Positions 29,695 through 39,172 of a DNA stretch of 62,062 bases are shown here, in pieces (the first letter of the stretch is position 1; every line of letters starts with the position of its first letter). The stretch comes from Phycisphaerae bacterium. Its GTDB lineage: Bacteria; Planctomycetota; Phycisphaerae; SM23-33. Under the pieces are notes generated by a model that saw only the letters and a list, made by a program, of their open reading frames with translations, searched no databases and was not told the origin of the DNA. Both the position numbers and the translations under genes were made by a program. The stretch is taken from NCBI GenBank assembly GCA_016929245.1, contig JAFGJE010000251.1, positions 1 to 62,062 of the forward strand, read 5' to 3'.

Positions 29695-29722
29695 TTATCG
29701 GGAAGGCAAAATAGGGGGTTTA
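29695..29722 (-). promoter_or_regulatory. Putative sigma28 (FliA)-type promoter of the calpain-like gene
   Basis: On the minus strand, TAAA-N16-CCCGATAA versus the consensus TAAA-N15-GCCGATAA. Confidence 0.35.
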
Positions 29723-30117
29723 GTAAGCAATTCAGGAATTGCCTATTATGACAAAAAGAGTAATACAAGCGTTCTTTCCCGCTCGTATCACGTGAAAAGG
29801 GTAATGATGTCTATTTGCAAATTACTGATAAAAATATAGTTATAAACATCTCATTCGATGGTGCTCTTTGGAGTGTTCTCCTTCTTCACTCCTTCATAAG
29901 CAAATATAGGATTGAAAATGGATGCGGGAAAAAAAGGATTTAAGATAACTTCATATATTATTCGGGCTTTATAAGCAGAAACTCCTTGCTCAAAAGGCGC
30001 AACGGGCAGTACCATGCCTCCAATCGTCCCGAAATATGTGGGAAGATTCACCGATTCCGGCAGGGACGAGATGGGTTTGCGGTGAAACCCCGCAGGGAAA
30101 GCAAGGAGAAAGAAACC

Positions 30118-31215
30118 ATGATTGTCGGTGTTCCCAGGGAGATTAAATCGGACGAGTATCGCGTCGGCATGCTGCCTGTCGGGGCGCACCTGTTAACGGA
30201 AGACGGCCATAAGGTTCTCGTGGAAACCGGCGCGGGGTTGGGCAGCGGATTCGAAGACGACGCCTACACCGCCGCCGGCGCGGAGATTGTTTCCTCGGCC
30301 GACGAAATTTTTTCACGAGCGGAGATGATCGTAAAGGTTAAGGAACCCCAGCCGGTGGAAATCGGACGTTTGCGCTCCGGGCAAATCATTTTCACCTACT
30401 TTCACTTCGCCGCGTCGCGCGAATTGACGGAAGGATGCCTCAACTCCGGCGCCACGACGGTAGCCTACGAAACCCTCCACGACACGGAAGGTCGGCTGCC
30501 GCTTCTGACGCCCATGAGCGAGGTCGCCGGCAAGATGAGCATCCAGGAAGGCGCGAAATATCTCGAACGCCCGATGATGGGGCGCGGGATTCTGCTGGGG
30601 GGCGTGGCGGGGGTCGCGCCGGCGAACGTGCTGATTCTCGGCGGCGGCGTGGTCGGATCGGCTGCCGCGCGAATGGCAGCCGGGCTGGGCGCCAACGTCA
30701 CGCTGATGGACATCAACCTGGACCGCCTCCGGTATCTCGACGAGGTCATGCCCGCCAACGTCACCACGATCTACTGCGACCGCTACGCCGTTCTCGACGC
30801 GTTGAAACGGGCGGACCTTCTGATCGGGGCGGTGTTGATCCCCGGCCGGCGGGCGCCGAGCCTCGTGCGCCGCGAGGATCTGACCCGCATGAAACCCGGG
30901 GCCGTCATCGTGGACGTCGCCGTCGACCAGGGTGGATGCATCGAAACCACGCACCCCACCACCCACAGCGAACCGACGTTCATCGTCGATAACGTGGTGC
31001 ACTATTGCGTGGCGAACATGCCCGGCGCGGTCGGGCGAACCAGCAGCCAGGCGTTGTGCAACGCGACGCTTCCCTTCGCGCGGGAGTTGGCGCGCCTGGA
31101 CGTGGACGGATTCGCCCAGACAAGCCCAGGCCGGGCCGCCGCGGTGAATATGCGAAACGGCGCCATTTTGAACCGGGACGTGGCGACGGTCTTCCCCGAC
31201 CTGCCCGCGGCGTAA
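30118..31215 (+). CDS. ald: Alanine dehydrogenase
   Basis: MIVGVPREIKSDEYRV, VKVKEP, FTYFHFAA, PLLTPMSEVAG, GGGVVG, DVAVDQGGC, HYCVANMPGAV; AGGAG ribosome-binding site. Confidence 0.96.
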   Translation: MIVGVPREIKSDEYRVGMLPVGAHLLTEDGHKVLVETGAGLGSGFEDDAYTAAGAEIVSSADEIFSRAEMIVKVKEPQPVEIGRLRSGQIIFTYFHFAASRELTEGCLNSGATTVAYETLHDTEGRLPLLTPMSEVAGKMSIQEGAKYLERPMMGRGILLGGVAGVAPANVLILGGGVVGSAAARMAAGLGANVTLMDINLDRLRYLDEVMPANVTTIYCDRYAVLDALKRADLLIGAVLIPGRRAPSLVRREDLTRMKPGAVIVDVAVDQGGCIETTHPTTHSEPTFIVDNVVHYCVANMPGAVGRTSSQALCNATLPFARELARLDVDGFAQTSPGRAAAVNMRNGAILNRDVATVFPDLPAA

Positions 31216-31244
31216 ATACGCATTCCCTTGCAACTTACATTTTC

Positions 31245-31271
31245 GGGTGGTGGGGATCTGTCCCACCACCC
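31245..31271. repeat. 10-bp hairpin GGGTGGTGGG-N7-CCCACCACCC
   Basis: Perfect inverted repeat after the ald stop. Confidence 0.55.
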
Positions 31272-31293
31272 AAGACCACAAATCTGGAAGAAC

Positions 31294-31344
31294 AGCGCCG
31301 AGCGGCAAGCCGACACGAGGATCGGCTTGCCGCTCGGCGCTTTT
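31294..31344 (+). terminator. 20-bp perfect hairpin + short T-run (terminator or REP-like)
   Basis: AGCGCCGAGCGGCAAGCCGA-CACGAGGA-TCGGCTTGCCGCTCGGCGCT followed by TTT. Confidence 0.5.
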
Positions 31345-31444
31345 GGGAACCACAAACCCGGAGTTATTTTTTTCCCCCCGAAACGCCGCTATGATACACT
31401 TCCTCCGCGGACGGACGGGAAATCCATCCGCGCGGGAATCGAGC

Positions 31445-33106
31445 ATGAAAATCGCGCTGGCACAATTCAACCCCGTCGTGGGCGACATCACCGGAAACGT
31501 CCGTCGCATGGGCGAATGGATCCGTCGCGCCGCGAACGAGGGCGCCGAACTGGTCGTCTTCGGCGAGTTGTCCGTCGTGGGATATCCCCCCCGCGACCTG
31601 TTACGGAAGGACGGTTTCGTCGCCCAGGCCGTTAAGGCGGTGGAGGAACTGGCGAAGCAATGCACCGATATCGCCGCGCTGGTGGGGTACGTTCGCCCGA
31701 CCCCCAACGGAACCGGTCGCTCGCTCCAGAACGTCGCGGGACTGCTGGCGGACGGGCAGGTGAGGCACGTCCACGTCAAAACCCTCCTGCCGACCTACGA
31801 CGTGTTCGACGAGATGCGCTATTTCGAGCCCGGCAGGGAACCCTCCTGCATCGAATGGAAAGCAAAGCGCCTCGGCCTGAGCATCTGCGAGGACCTTTGG
31901 GACGCCGAATCCCTCGGCCGCGAACTCTACGGGCGAAATCCCATCGCCGATCTGGCGGAGGCCGGGGCGGACATTGTGATCAACCTAGCCGCCAGTCCCT
32001 ACGAATTCGGCAAGGCGACGCGACGCGAGGAACTCTTCCGGCGTCAATCCGACCGCCGCCGGCTGCCCATCGTGTACGTCAATCAGGTCGGCGGAAACGA
32101 CGAGTTGATCTTCGACGGGTGCAGCAGCGTCGTGACCCCGGGCGGAAAACTCCTCGGCCGGGCCAGGAGTTTTGAAGAAGACCTTCTCGTGGTGGATCTC
32201 GACGCACCGGCGGCGCGATGCGAACCTCTCGGCGAACCCATGGAACGGCTCAGTAAGGCGCTGAAGCTGGGCCTGCGGGACTACGTCCGCAAGTGCGGCT
32301 TTCAGCGGGTCGTCCTGGGTTTAAGCGGCGGGATCGACTCGGCGGTCGTCGCGACGCTGGCGGCCGACGCGCTGGGGCCCCAAAACGTCACCACCCTGGC
32401 GATGCCCAGCCGTTACAGCTCCGACCATTCTCTCGCCGACGCCATGGCGCTGGCGAAAACGCTCTGCATAAACCACCATGAAATTCCCATTGAAACCATG
32501 CACGCCGCCTACGAAACCATGTTGCGGGAAAAATTCAGTTGGGGCGGCGAAGCCAACGACATCGCCGCGGAGAACATCCAGGCCCGCATTCGCGGGAACA
32601 TCGTGATGGCCTGGAGCAACGCGTTCGGGAACCTGGCGCTGGCGACGGGAAACAAATCCGAGCTGTCCGTGGGATATTGCACGCTCTACGGCGACATGTG
32701 CGGCGGGTTGGCGCCCATCGGGGACGTGCTGAAGACCCAGGTGTACGCCCTGGCGAAGCAGTTAAACGCGGAAGGGGATCTCGGCCCGCGCATCCCGCGA
32801 AGCACATTGAAAAAACCGCCCAGCGCCGAGTTGAAACCCGGCCAGGTGGACCAGGACAAGCTCCCGCCGTATGAAATTCTCGACGAGATTCTGTTCCAAT
32901 ACGTGGAACAGGATCGCACCGTTCGGGAAATCACCCGCACCGCTGACGGTGAGGCGCTGGACGCGGAACTGGTCGCCCGGATCGTGCGCATGGTGGATTT
33001 GTCGGAATACAAACGCCAGCAGGCCGCCCGGGTGTTGAAGGTATCCTCAAGGGCGTTCGGGATGGGACGACGCATGCCCATCGCCCAGGGATTCATTTTT
33101 GCGTGA
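31445..33106 (+). CDS. nadE: Glutamine-dependent NAD+ synthetase
   Basis: Nitrilase domain (GELSVVGY, K in HVKTLLPTYDVFDE, ICEDLW) plus synthase domain (GLSGGIDSA, ENIQARIRG, TGNKSE, PPSAEL). Confidence 0.96.
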   Translation: MKIALAQFNPVVGDITGNVRRMGEWIRRAANEGAELVVFGELSVVGYPPRDLLRKDGFVAQAVKAVEELAKQCTDIAALVGYVRPTPNGTGRSLQNVAGLLADGQVRHVHVKTLLPTYDVFDEMRYFEPGREPSCIEWKAKRLGLSICEDLWDAESLGRELYGRNPIADLAEAGADIVINLAASPYEFGKATRREELFRRQSDRRRLPIVYVNQVGGNDELIFDGCSSVVTPGGKLLGRARSFEEDLLVVDLDAPAARCEPLGEPMERLSKALKLGLRDYVRKCGFQRVVLGLSGGIDSAVVATLAADALGPQNVTTLAMPSRYSSDHSLADAMALAKTLCINHHEIPIETMHAAYETMLREKFSWGGEANDIAAENIQARIRGNIVMAWSNAFGNLALATGNKSELSVGYCTLYGDMCGGLAPIGDVLKTQVYALAKQLNAEGDLGPRIPRSTLKKPPSAELKPGQVDQDKLPPYEILDEILFQYVEQDRTVREITRTADGEALDAELVARIVRMVDLSEYKRQQAARVLKVSSRAFGMGRRMPIAQGFIFA

Positions 33107-34566
33107 TGCAGATTAAATGCGGACAATGCGGCACGTTGCACGATCTGGAACGGATCGAGGGGATGCAGTCCGTTCGCTGCGCGCATTGCGGCCATGCCGT
33201 TGATTATCTGAATCTCGCCGAGGATCCCGCGGGTTCAGGCACCGTCTGCGAGGGGCGTTTCGACGACGTGGACGACTTCGCCACCCAGGCCCGTCAGGCG
33301 CTGCGGGAACGAATGCTGGTCGTCTGCGCCCATTGCGGGGCGCGAATCCGCGTCGCCAAACGACTCGCCGGGCAGTTGATCCATTGCACGTCCTGCTCGA
33401 AGGAGCTTCACGTGCCCGACACCGCCGCCGAAGACCAGGTGGATATTTCCTACCTCATTTCGCCCGGCGATCTCGTGATGGGACAAGACCCGCGCACAAT
33501 CCCCTTACGGGCGCGCGCGTCTCGCCGGCGACGCCGGCAGGCGTTGCGAAATCACATGCAATTCGCCTTGAAAATGCTGGCCGCGGTGATGCTGCTGGCC
33601 TTGATCGCCAGCGTGGTGTATCACGGTTCTTCCGCCTCGAACAAGGACTATCTCACTCCTCCCCCGTCGTCCGCGGACGCGGAACGCGTCGAGGGCGCCG
33701 AAACGACGCCTCCGGAGCAAGTCGTCGATACATCACCGCCTCCGGAACCGAAAACAACGCCCCCCGTCGCGCCGGCGGCGCCGGCCGGTCCGGTCGCGGC
33801 GCTGGTTGACAAACCCGCGTGGTCCGCTTTCGCCGCCGGTGGATACTACCCCGCCCGCCCCGGACGGCTGTATTGCACGCTGGGGGTGAAACTCCAGTCG
33901 AGTCCGGACGCGCCGCTGAAAATCAAGCCCGCCGACTCGGTGAAGCTGGTTCGTAACGACGTTTCCTACGCCTGCCTGGGGGAAGTCGTCGAAGACGCCC
34001 TGCTGCCCGTCCGGGCGCGTCGGCGGACGATTCGGCTGGCGCCGGCGGAGGAAACGACGGTGCGGCTGTTGTTCGTATTACCGCAACGGGCAGGGCAAGC
34101 GACGCTGCACCTGGATTCGATGACGCCGTTGACGGTGACCCTCCCCGCGCCCGGGCGGGCGCAGACCCCGCCGGAGGGACAATTCGTGGAATCCCCGCCG
34201 CGAAATCTCAAGGTGCTGCTGCGGGATCCGGTGATGGCTGCCATCCAGTCCCAGGCGAGGCAGGAACTTCGGATCCGGCGGAACGGTTCGCTTCTCGACG
34301 TGCGGATCGACGCCGCGGAGGTGATCGGTCAGGCCCGGCCAACTGGACCGGACGCCTGGGCGGTGGTTCTGCGTCACGGCCCGCATTCCATCGAAGGCAC
34401 GCTGCGCTTCCTGCCGGACGGACAGCGGATCATCCTCTACTTAAGCGACGAACCGATGCACCAGATCACTTACCGTCGAAAACGTCCCGACGAGACGGAC
34501 GCCAACGGCGAATCCCCGTCCCCCAATGAGGAAGACGACGACGCGCCCCGATTTTTCGGGGTTTAA
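33106..34566 (+). CDS. Zinc-ribbon membrane-anchored hypothetical protein
   Basis: Four CxxC pairs (CGQC, CAHC, CAHC, CTSC), one TM helix, a Pro-rich linker and a beta-rich extracytoplasmic part. Confidence 0.7.
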   Translation: MQIKCGQCGTLHDLERIEGMQSVRCAHCGHAVDYLNLAEDPAGSGTVCEGRFDDVDDFATQARQALRERMLVVCAHCGARIRVAKRLAGQLIHCTSCSKELHVPDTAAEDQVDISYLISPGDLVMGQDPRTIPLRARASRRRRRQALRNHMQFALKMLAAVMLLALIASVVYHGSSASNKDYLTPPPSSADAERVEGAETTPPEQVVDTSPPPEPKTTPPVAPAAPAGPVAALVDKPAWSAFAAGGYYPARPGRLYCTLGVKLQSSPDAPLKIKPADSVKLVRNDVSYACLGEVVEDALLPVRARRRTIRLAPAEETTVRLLFVLPQRAGQATLHLDSMTPLTVTLPAPGRAQTPPEGQFVESPPRNLKVLLRDPVMAAIQSQARQELRIRRNGSLLDVRIDAAEVIGQARPTGPDAWAVVLRHGPHSIEGTLRFLPDGQRIILYLSDEPMHQITYRRKRPDETDANGESPSPNEEDDDAPRFFGV

Positions 34567-34585
34567 ATTAACAAAAAAATTCTAT

Positions 34586-34628
34586 TGTCATCCTGAGCGG
34601 AGCGAAGCGGAGTCGAAGGACCCCACGC
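34586..34628 (+). repeat. Family A copy A10 (single)
   Basis: TGTCATCCTGAGCGGAGCGAAGCGGAGTCGAAGGACCCCACGC. Confidence 0.92.
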
Positions 34629-34682
34629 ACTCGAGACTTGGCGGGACAGAGCCCCGCCAAGCTCAAACAAAAATTTAACGTC

Positions 34683-35447
34683 ATGAATCCAGCACCGCAA
34701 AAATACAAATTCCTCGGCTGTGAAATTCTCTACCGGGAAGCCTGTCACCTCGCCGCCGTCGGCCCGAACGTCGTGGACGTGGAATTTCTCCCCAAGGGAC
34801 TGCACGACCTGGAAACGAAGGACATGGTCGCCCGCGTGCAGGCGGCCGTCGACGCGACCGACGCGAACCAGGGATACCGGGCCGTCCTGCTGGGATACGC
34901 CCGCTGCAACGACGGACTGGTCGGCGTTACCGCTCGGGATATCCCCTTGGTGATTCCCAAGGCCCACGATTGCATCACGCTGCTGTTCGGTTCGCGGAAA
35001 ACGTTTCAGGCGTATTTCAACGAGAATCCGGGAACGTACTACAAATCCACCGGCTGGGTGGAACGCGACCCGGAAGAGAACATGGACCGACCCGCCTACG
35101 GGACGACGGGGGTGATGAAAAACCTGGGACTGACGGAAACCTACGAAGAACTCGTCGCCAAACACGGCAGGGAGAACGCGGACTATATCATTGAATCCCT
35201 CGGCGGCTGGGAGAATGCCTACTCCCGCCTGTGCTACATTCACATGGGCCTGTGCGACGAAACGCCGTTTGAGTCTCGCGCGCAGGACATCGCCCGGAAG
35301 CACGGCTGGTCGTATGAACGAAAAGAAGGGGATATTTCCCTGCTGCGAAAGATGTTCCTGGGGCAATGGGACGACGATTTCATCGTCATCCCCCCCGGCG
35401 GAAGCATCGTCGCGAGAAACGACGAGAATATTCTGGGAGTGAAGTAA
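34683..35447 (+). CDS. DUF1638 domain protein
   Basis: GCEILYRE, GLHD, LLGYARC, PKAHDCITLLFGS, TYYKSTGW. Confidence 0.8.
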   Translation: MNPAPQKYKFLGCEILYREACHLAAVGPNVVDVEFLPKGLHDLETKDMVARVQAAVDATDANQGYRAVLLGYARCNDGLVGVTARDIPLVIPKAHDCITLLFGSRKTFQAYFNENPGTYYKSTGWVERDPEENMDRPAYGTTGVMKNLGLTETYEELVAKHGRENADYIIESLGGWENAYSRLCYIHMGLCDETPFESRAQDIARKHGWSYERKEGDISLLRKMFLGQWDDDFIVIPPGGSIVARNDENILGVK

Positions 35448-35454
35448 ACCAATA

Positions 35455-35568
35455 TTTTTGACCACAGAGGCACAGAGGCACAATTTCATATTTCAAATTT
35501 CAAATTTGAAATTTGAAATATGAAATCGTAATGATTCTGTGTGTCCTCTGTGCCTTTGTGGTCAAAAA
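35455..35568. repeat. Gene-less family B inverted doublet enclosing a perfect 44-bp palindrome
   Basis: Left TTTTTGACCACAGAGGCACAGAGGCACA; right reverse complement TTTTTGACCACAAAGGCACAGAGGACACACAG; inner 35483-35526 ATTTCATATTTCAAATTTCAAA|TTTGAAATTTGAAATATGAAAT. Confidence 0.9.
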
Positions 35569-35574
35569 ACTCTT

Positions 35575-36057
35575 TCAATACCAAACCGTGATAATCAGGT
35601 TCGGCTCGGCGCGTTTTCCTTCCAGAGTTCCGATCACCTGGGCGATGTGCTTAACCTCGATCCCCTCCTCGTCGATCCAGTCGTTGATCATGCTTTCCAG
35701 ATGCAGCAGCGGGCCGTCGGCGATTTTGGAATAGAACATACGGACGCGCGTCGCGCCTTTTCCGGTCAGGTTCATTTCGCGTTTGAAATCGGCCTTGTGC
35801 GTCAGGCCTCTGGCGGCCGCCCCGGCGACGCGCTTCTTCATTCCCGTTGAGGAAGTTTCCGCGGGAGTTTCCCCATCGTCGAAGTCCACCAGCGCGATGG
35901 GCTCGTCGTCCTCGATCACCTTGGGTTTCGGCGGCGGAACGGGTACGGGAACGGGTTGCGGGCCTTGCCCCGGAGGGGAAACCGGCACGGGTTGCGGTTC
36001 GTCCTCCGCGTCCAGAGTCACCCATTCTTCCTCGTCGTGGTGCAGATCGTCAGCCAT
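35575..36057 (-). CDS. Hypothetical protein (acidic/Pro-rich N-terminus, small C-terminal domain)
   Basis: AGGAG ribosome-binding site before ATG 36057; C-terminal GATRVRMFYSKI...INDWID...IEVKH. Confidence 0.75.
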   Translation of the reverse strand: MADDLHHDEEEWVTLDAEDEPQPVPVSPPGQGPQPVPVPVPPPKPKVIEDDEPIALVDFDDGETPAETSSTGMKKRVAGAAARGLTHKADFKREMNLTGKGATRVRMFYSKIADGPLLHLESMINDWIDEEGIEVKHIAQVIGTLEGKRAEPNLIITVWY

Positions 36058-36192
36058 GGCTCGCTCCTGTCGCTTACGAATCGAAAGAAATGATATCGGC
36101 AACGCCTGCCGTTTGGTGTATTATAATGCCTGTTCGGAACGGGTCAAGTCGCCCCTTTGAGTCGAAACCGGAACTCCACACGCGAGGCGTAC

Positions 36193-37326
36193 ATGTACAG
36201 GAATTCCATCCTATTGATTCTGTTCGCGGTGCTGCTGCTGGCGGTGATCTGGTTTCGTTCCCTGCCCGGTCAGGCCCAGCCGTCCGAGCAAAAGCAAACC
36301 TCCTGGACGCCGGCGACGCCCGTGCGGACGGGGGAGTTTCGCGGTGTGAGTCTTCAACTGCATCACGCCCAAAACGACCACCCCTACGAAACGTTCATTT
36401 CCGAAATCGCCCGGACCGGAGCGAACACCATCAACCTGGTCGTCCACGGATACCAGGAAGACGTCAAGAGCGAATCGATCTTTCTGGACAACCGAAAGGT
36501 GCCCTCCGACGAACAACTCACGCGGCTGATCCGGTTCGCCCACGCGAAAAAACTTCGCGTCATGCTCATGCCGGTGGTGCTGCTGGCGAGGCGATCCGGA
36601 AGCGACTGGCGGGGGAAAATCACCCCCGATTCCTGGGATCGCTGGTGGGAAGACTACCACCAGTTCATCCTGCACTACGCTCACCTGGCCGGCGAAAACA
36701 ACGTCGAGGTGTTCTCCGTCGGTTCGGAGCTGATCTCCACGGAAACCCAGACCGCCCGTTGGAAAGCGCTGATCGCCCAGGTCCGCCGGGCCTGCCCCAG
36801 CCGGCTGACCTACTCCGCCAACTGGGACCATTACGAAACGCCGAAATTCTGGTCCGAACTGGATATCGTCGGGATGACGACGTATTTCACGCTCGCCCAC
36901 GGCACCAAGCCGAAACTCCGGGAAATGCTCGATTCGTGGAAAAAAATCAAGGCCGACATCCTCCGCTGGCAGAAGACGGTCAATCGGCCGATCCTGTTCA
37001 CCGAAGTCGGCTGGCCGAACCAGGTGACGGCCGCCGAATTCCCTTGGAATTATTACGCCTCCCCCGACAAGCCCGATCCGCAACAGCAGGCCGACTGCTT
37101 CGAGAGCTTCTTTCGCACCTGGGGAAACGAACCTGCCGTCGCGGGATTCCTCGTGTGGGAATGGCGCAACGACCCCAACCTGCCCATCGACCCCCAAAAA
37201 GACACCTCCTACCGTCCCATGGGCAAACCGGCGATGAACGTCGTGCAAAAATATTTTCTCGCCCCCACCCCCATCACCGAAACCCAACCGGTGAATCCGG
37301 AGAAGTCCGTAAGTCTGTTCCGTTGA
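36193..37326 (+). CDS. Glycoside hydrolase family 113-like secreted enzyme
   Basis: Signal/TM segment, SVGSEL, TYSANWD, ILFTEVGW (two catalytic Glu positions). Confidence 0.8.
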   Translation: MYRNSILLILFAVLLLAVIWFRSLPGQAQPSEQKQTSWTPATPVRTGEFRGVSLQLHHAQNDHPYETFISEIARTGANTINLVVHGYQEDVKSESIFLDNRKVPSDEQLTRLIRFAHAKKLRVMLMPVVLLARRSGSDWRGKITPDSWDRWWEDYHQFILHYAHLAGENNVEVFSVGSELISTETQTARWKALIAQVRRACPSRLTYSANWDHYETPKFWSELDIVGMTTYFTLAHGTKPKLREMLDSWKKIKADILRWQKTVNRPILFTEVGWPNQVTAAEFPWNYYASPDKPDPQQQADCFESFFRTWGNEPAVAGFLVWEWRNDPNLPIDPQKDTSYRPMGKPAMNVVQKYFLAPTPITETQPVNPEKSVSLFR

Positions 37327-37453
37327 AACTTATGATTTCGGAATCCGTTGTGAACCGGTGGTCCGGGCCTTGACAGGCCCGGCTCGTTACATCCTCCTGA
37401 CTACCGACTTATCCCATCTCCCCTCTTGCCTTGCGGGAAGCTCCGGTCATATC

Positions 37454-38290
37454 ATGGTCGGCATGAAGATTCAGCTGGGCTACACGCCGGACGCGGACGA
37501 CGCGTACATGCTGTACGGGCTGCTGCAAGGGAAAGTTTCCACGGGCGACTGGGACTGGGAACCCGTCGAGGCGAATCTCCAGACGCTCAACGACCGCGCT
37601 TCGAGAGGCCGGCTGGACGCGACCATGATCAGCGCCGCGGCGTACCCCCTCGTGCAGGATCGGTATCGTCTCCTGCCGGCCGGGGCGAGTTTCGGACTGG
37701 GCGTCGGGCCGGTAATCGTCTCGCGGGACGAGATCAAGCCGACGAAACTCCCCCAGGCCCGCATCGCCGTGCCCGGCGCGACGACCACCGCCTTTACCAT
37801 GCTCCAACTGTTCGCCCCGACCTTACCGACGCGCGTCCTGCCGTTGGATAAGCTCTTACCGTCCGTGCAATCGGGCCTGGTGGACTGCGCGCTGGTGATC
37901 CACGAGGAATTCATCACGTACCCCAAGCTCGGTCTGCACGTGGTGCTGGATCTGGGCGCCTGGTGGGCCCACACGCACGACAAGGCTCCCATGCCCGTGA
38001 CCGTCTGCGTCGTGAAGCGGGACCTGCCCGAAACGCTCCAGCGGGAACTGGCCGACGCCCTGAAACAGAGCATCGCCCACGCCCGAAGCCGTCACGGGCA
38101 AGCCGTCGCCTTCGCCGCGAAATACGCCCGCGGCGCGGAGCCCGCCGACGTGGAGCGGTTCATCCGCCAGTACGTCAACGACCTGTCGCTGGACATGGGG
38201 TCAACCGGCAAGGACGCCCTGGAGATGTTCTTCCGCCAAGCCGCCCAGGCCGGTCTGCTCCCGGCTGTCGATGGGATCGACTTCGTGTAA
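37454..38290 (+). CDS. mqnD: MqnA/MqnD/SBP family protein, most like MqnD (1,4-dihydroxy-6-naphthoate synthase)
   Basis: TPDADDAYMLYGL, GASFGLGVGP, PGATTTA, LVIHE, DLGAWW, YVNDLSLDMG. Confidence 0.8.
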   Translation: MVGMKIQLGYTPDADDAYMLYGLLQGKVSTGDWDWEPVEANLQTLNDRASRGRLDATMISAAAYPLVQDRYRLLPAGASFGLGVGPVIVSRDEIKPTKLPQARIAVPGATTTAFTMLQLFAPTLPTRVLPLDKLLPSVQSGLVDCALVIHEEFITYPKLGLHVVLDLGAWWAHTHDKAPMPVTVCVVKRDLPETLQRELADALKQSIAHARSRHGQAVAFAAKYARGAEPADVERFIRQYVNDLSLDMGSTGKDALEMFFRQAAQAGLLPAVDGIDFV

Positions 38291-38298
38291 CCCACGGA

Positions 38299-38925
38299 TC
38301 AGTCTTCAATCTCCACCAGTTGCAGGCGGGTTTTCCAGACGCCCGAAGCGTTGTCCGAATGCCGCACCAGTCCCCCGGGCGCTTCGTCGCAGTACAGGGA
38401 ACGATAGACATACGGTCCTTTTTGGGTTTCATGCACGGAGCAAAGCAGCTTTTTCGATCCGACCGTCACGATCCGATCGCCGACGCGCCGTTCCCGCTGC
38501 ACCGGGTTGAATACGCCCCCTTCCGAAGACGCGTCGAAAAAACGGGGGAACGACAATTCCTGAATATAGCGGCCATAGGTTTCGGTCTCGGCGATCTGGT
38601 GAACCTGCGCCGTTCCGGCGTCGGTGCGAATGACCTCGATCGTGTGACGCGAAGCGTCTCCCCGTTCGGGGGTGATGCGATAGACCGCCCGCATTCCCAC
38701 CCGCGCGGGCGCATGGCGTGTGGGAATCCGTTCCCCTCCCCCCGACGGCCCCCGCGCCAAGGGGGGCGGCGCCGTCGGTGAAAAGGCGAGGAATTCCTCC
38801 CATTTTTCCTCGACGACTTGACTGCCGGAAGAGTCTTCCTCCCGTCGAGGCGCTTCCCGGCTGCAACCGCTCAACGCCGGAACCGCCAGGAAAATCAGGA
38901 TCAGTTGTAAGATAGGATTCCGCAT
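38299..38925 (-). CDS. Hypothetical lipoprotein
   Basis: Signal peptide ending in the lipobox LSGC. Confidence 0.65.
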   Translation of the reverse strand: MRNPILQLILIFLAVPALSGCSREAPRREEDSSGSQVVEEKWEEFLAFSPTAPPPLARGPSGGGERIPTRHAPARVGMRAVYRITPERGDASRHTIEVIRTDAGTAQVHQIAETETYGRYIQELSFPRFFDASSEGGVFNPVQRERRVGDRIVTVGSKKLLCSVHETQKGPYVYRSLYCDEAPGGLVRHSDNASGVWKTRLQLVEIED

Positions 38926-39172
38926 GTGCCCGACAAGGCTACGCCCCAATCCCGCGGCGAGCAAGAGAGATTTTCCAATATTTCACAAACACATTTTTTT
39001 TTATTGCAATATCCCCGCCGCTTGATCGAATAATAGAATAGAATAAAAAAGGCCGGGTTCTTCCCGGCGTGGGAATCCGAACCCGGCGGCGGCATCTACC
39101 CCGGAAGGACCACCTCTCGGGTGTGCGACGCGCGGGGCGGGATGCGAATCGTTATGTAAAAGGACGTGTAGC

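Noticed and set aside
29851-30117. Short minus-strand ORF and extended ald start in the AT-rich divergent intergenic region
   Set aside because: No recognisable motif; it is more simply a promoter region, and ald has a strong ribosome-binding site at 30118.
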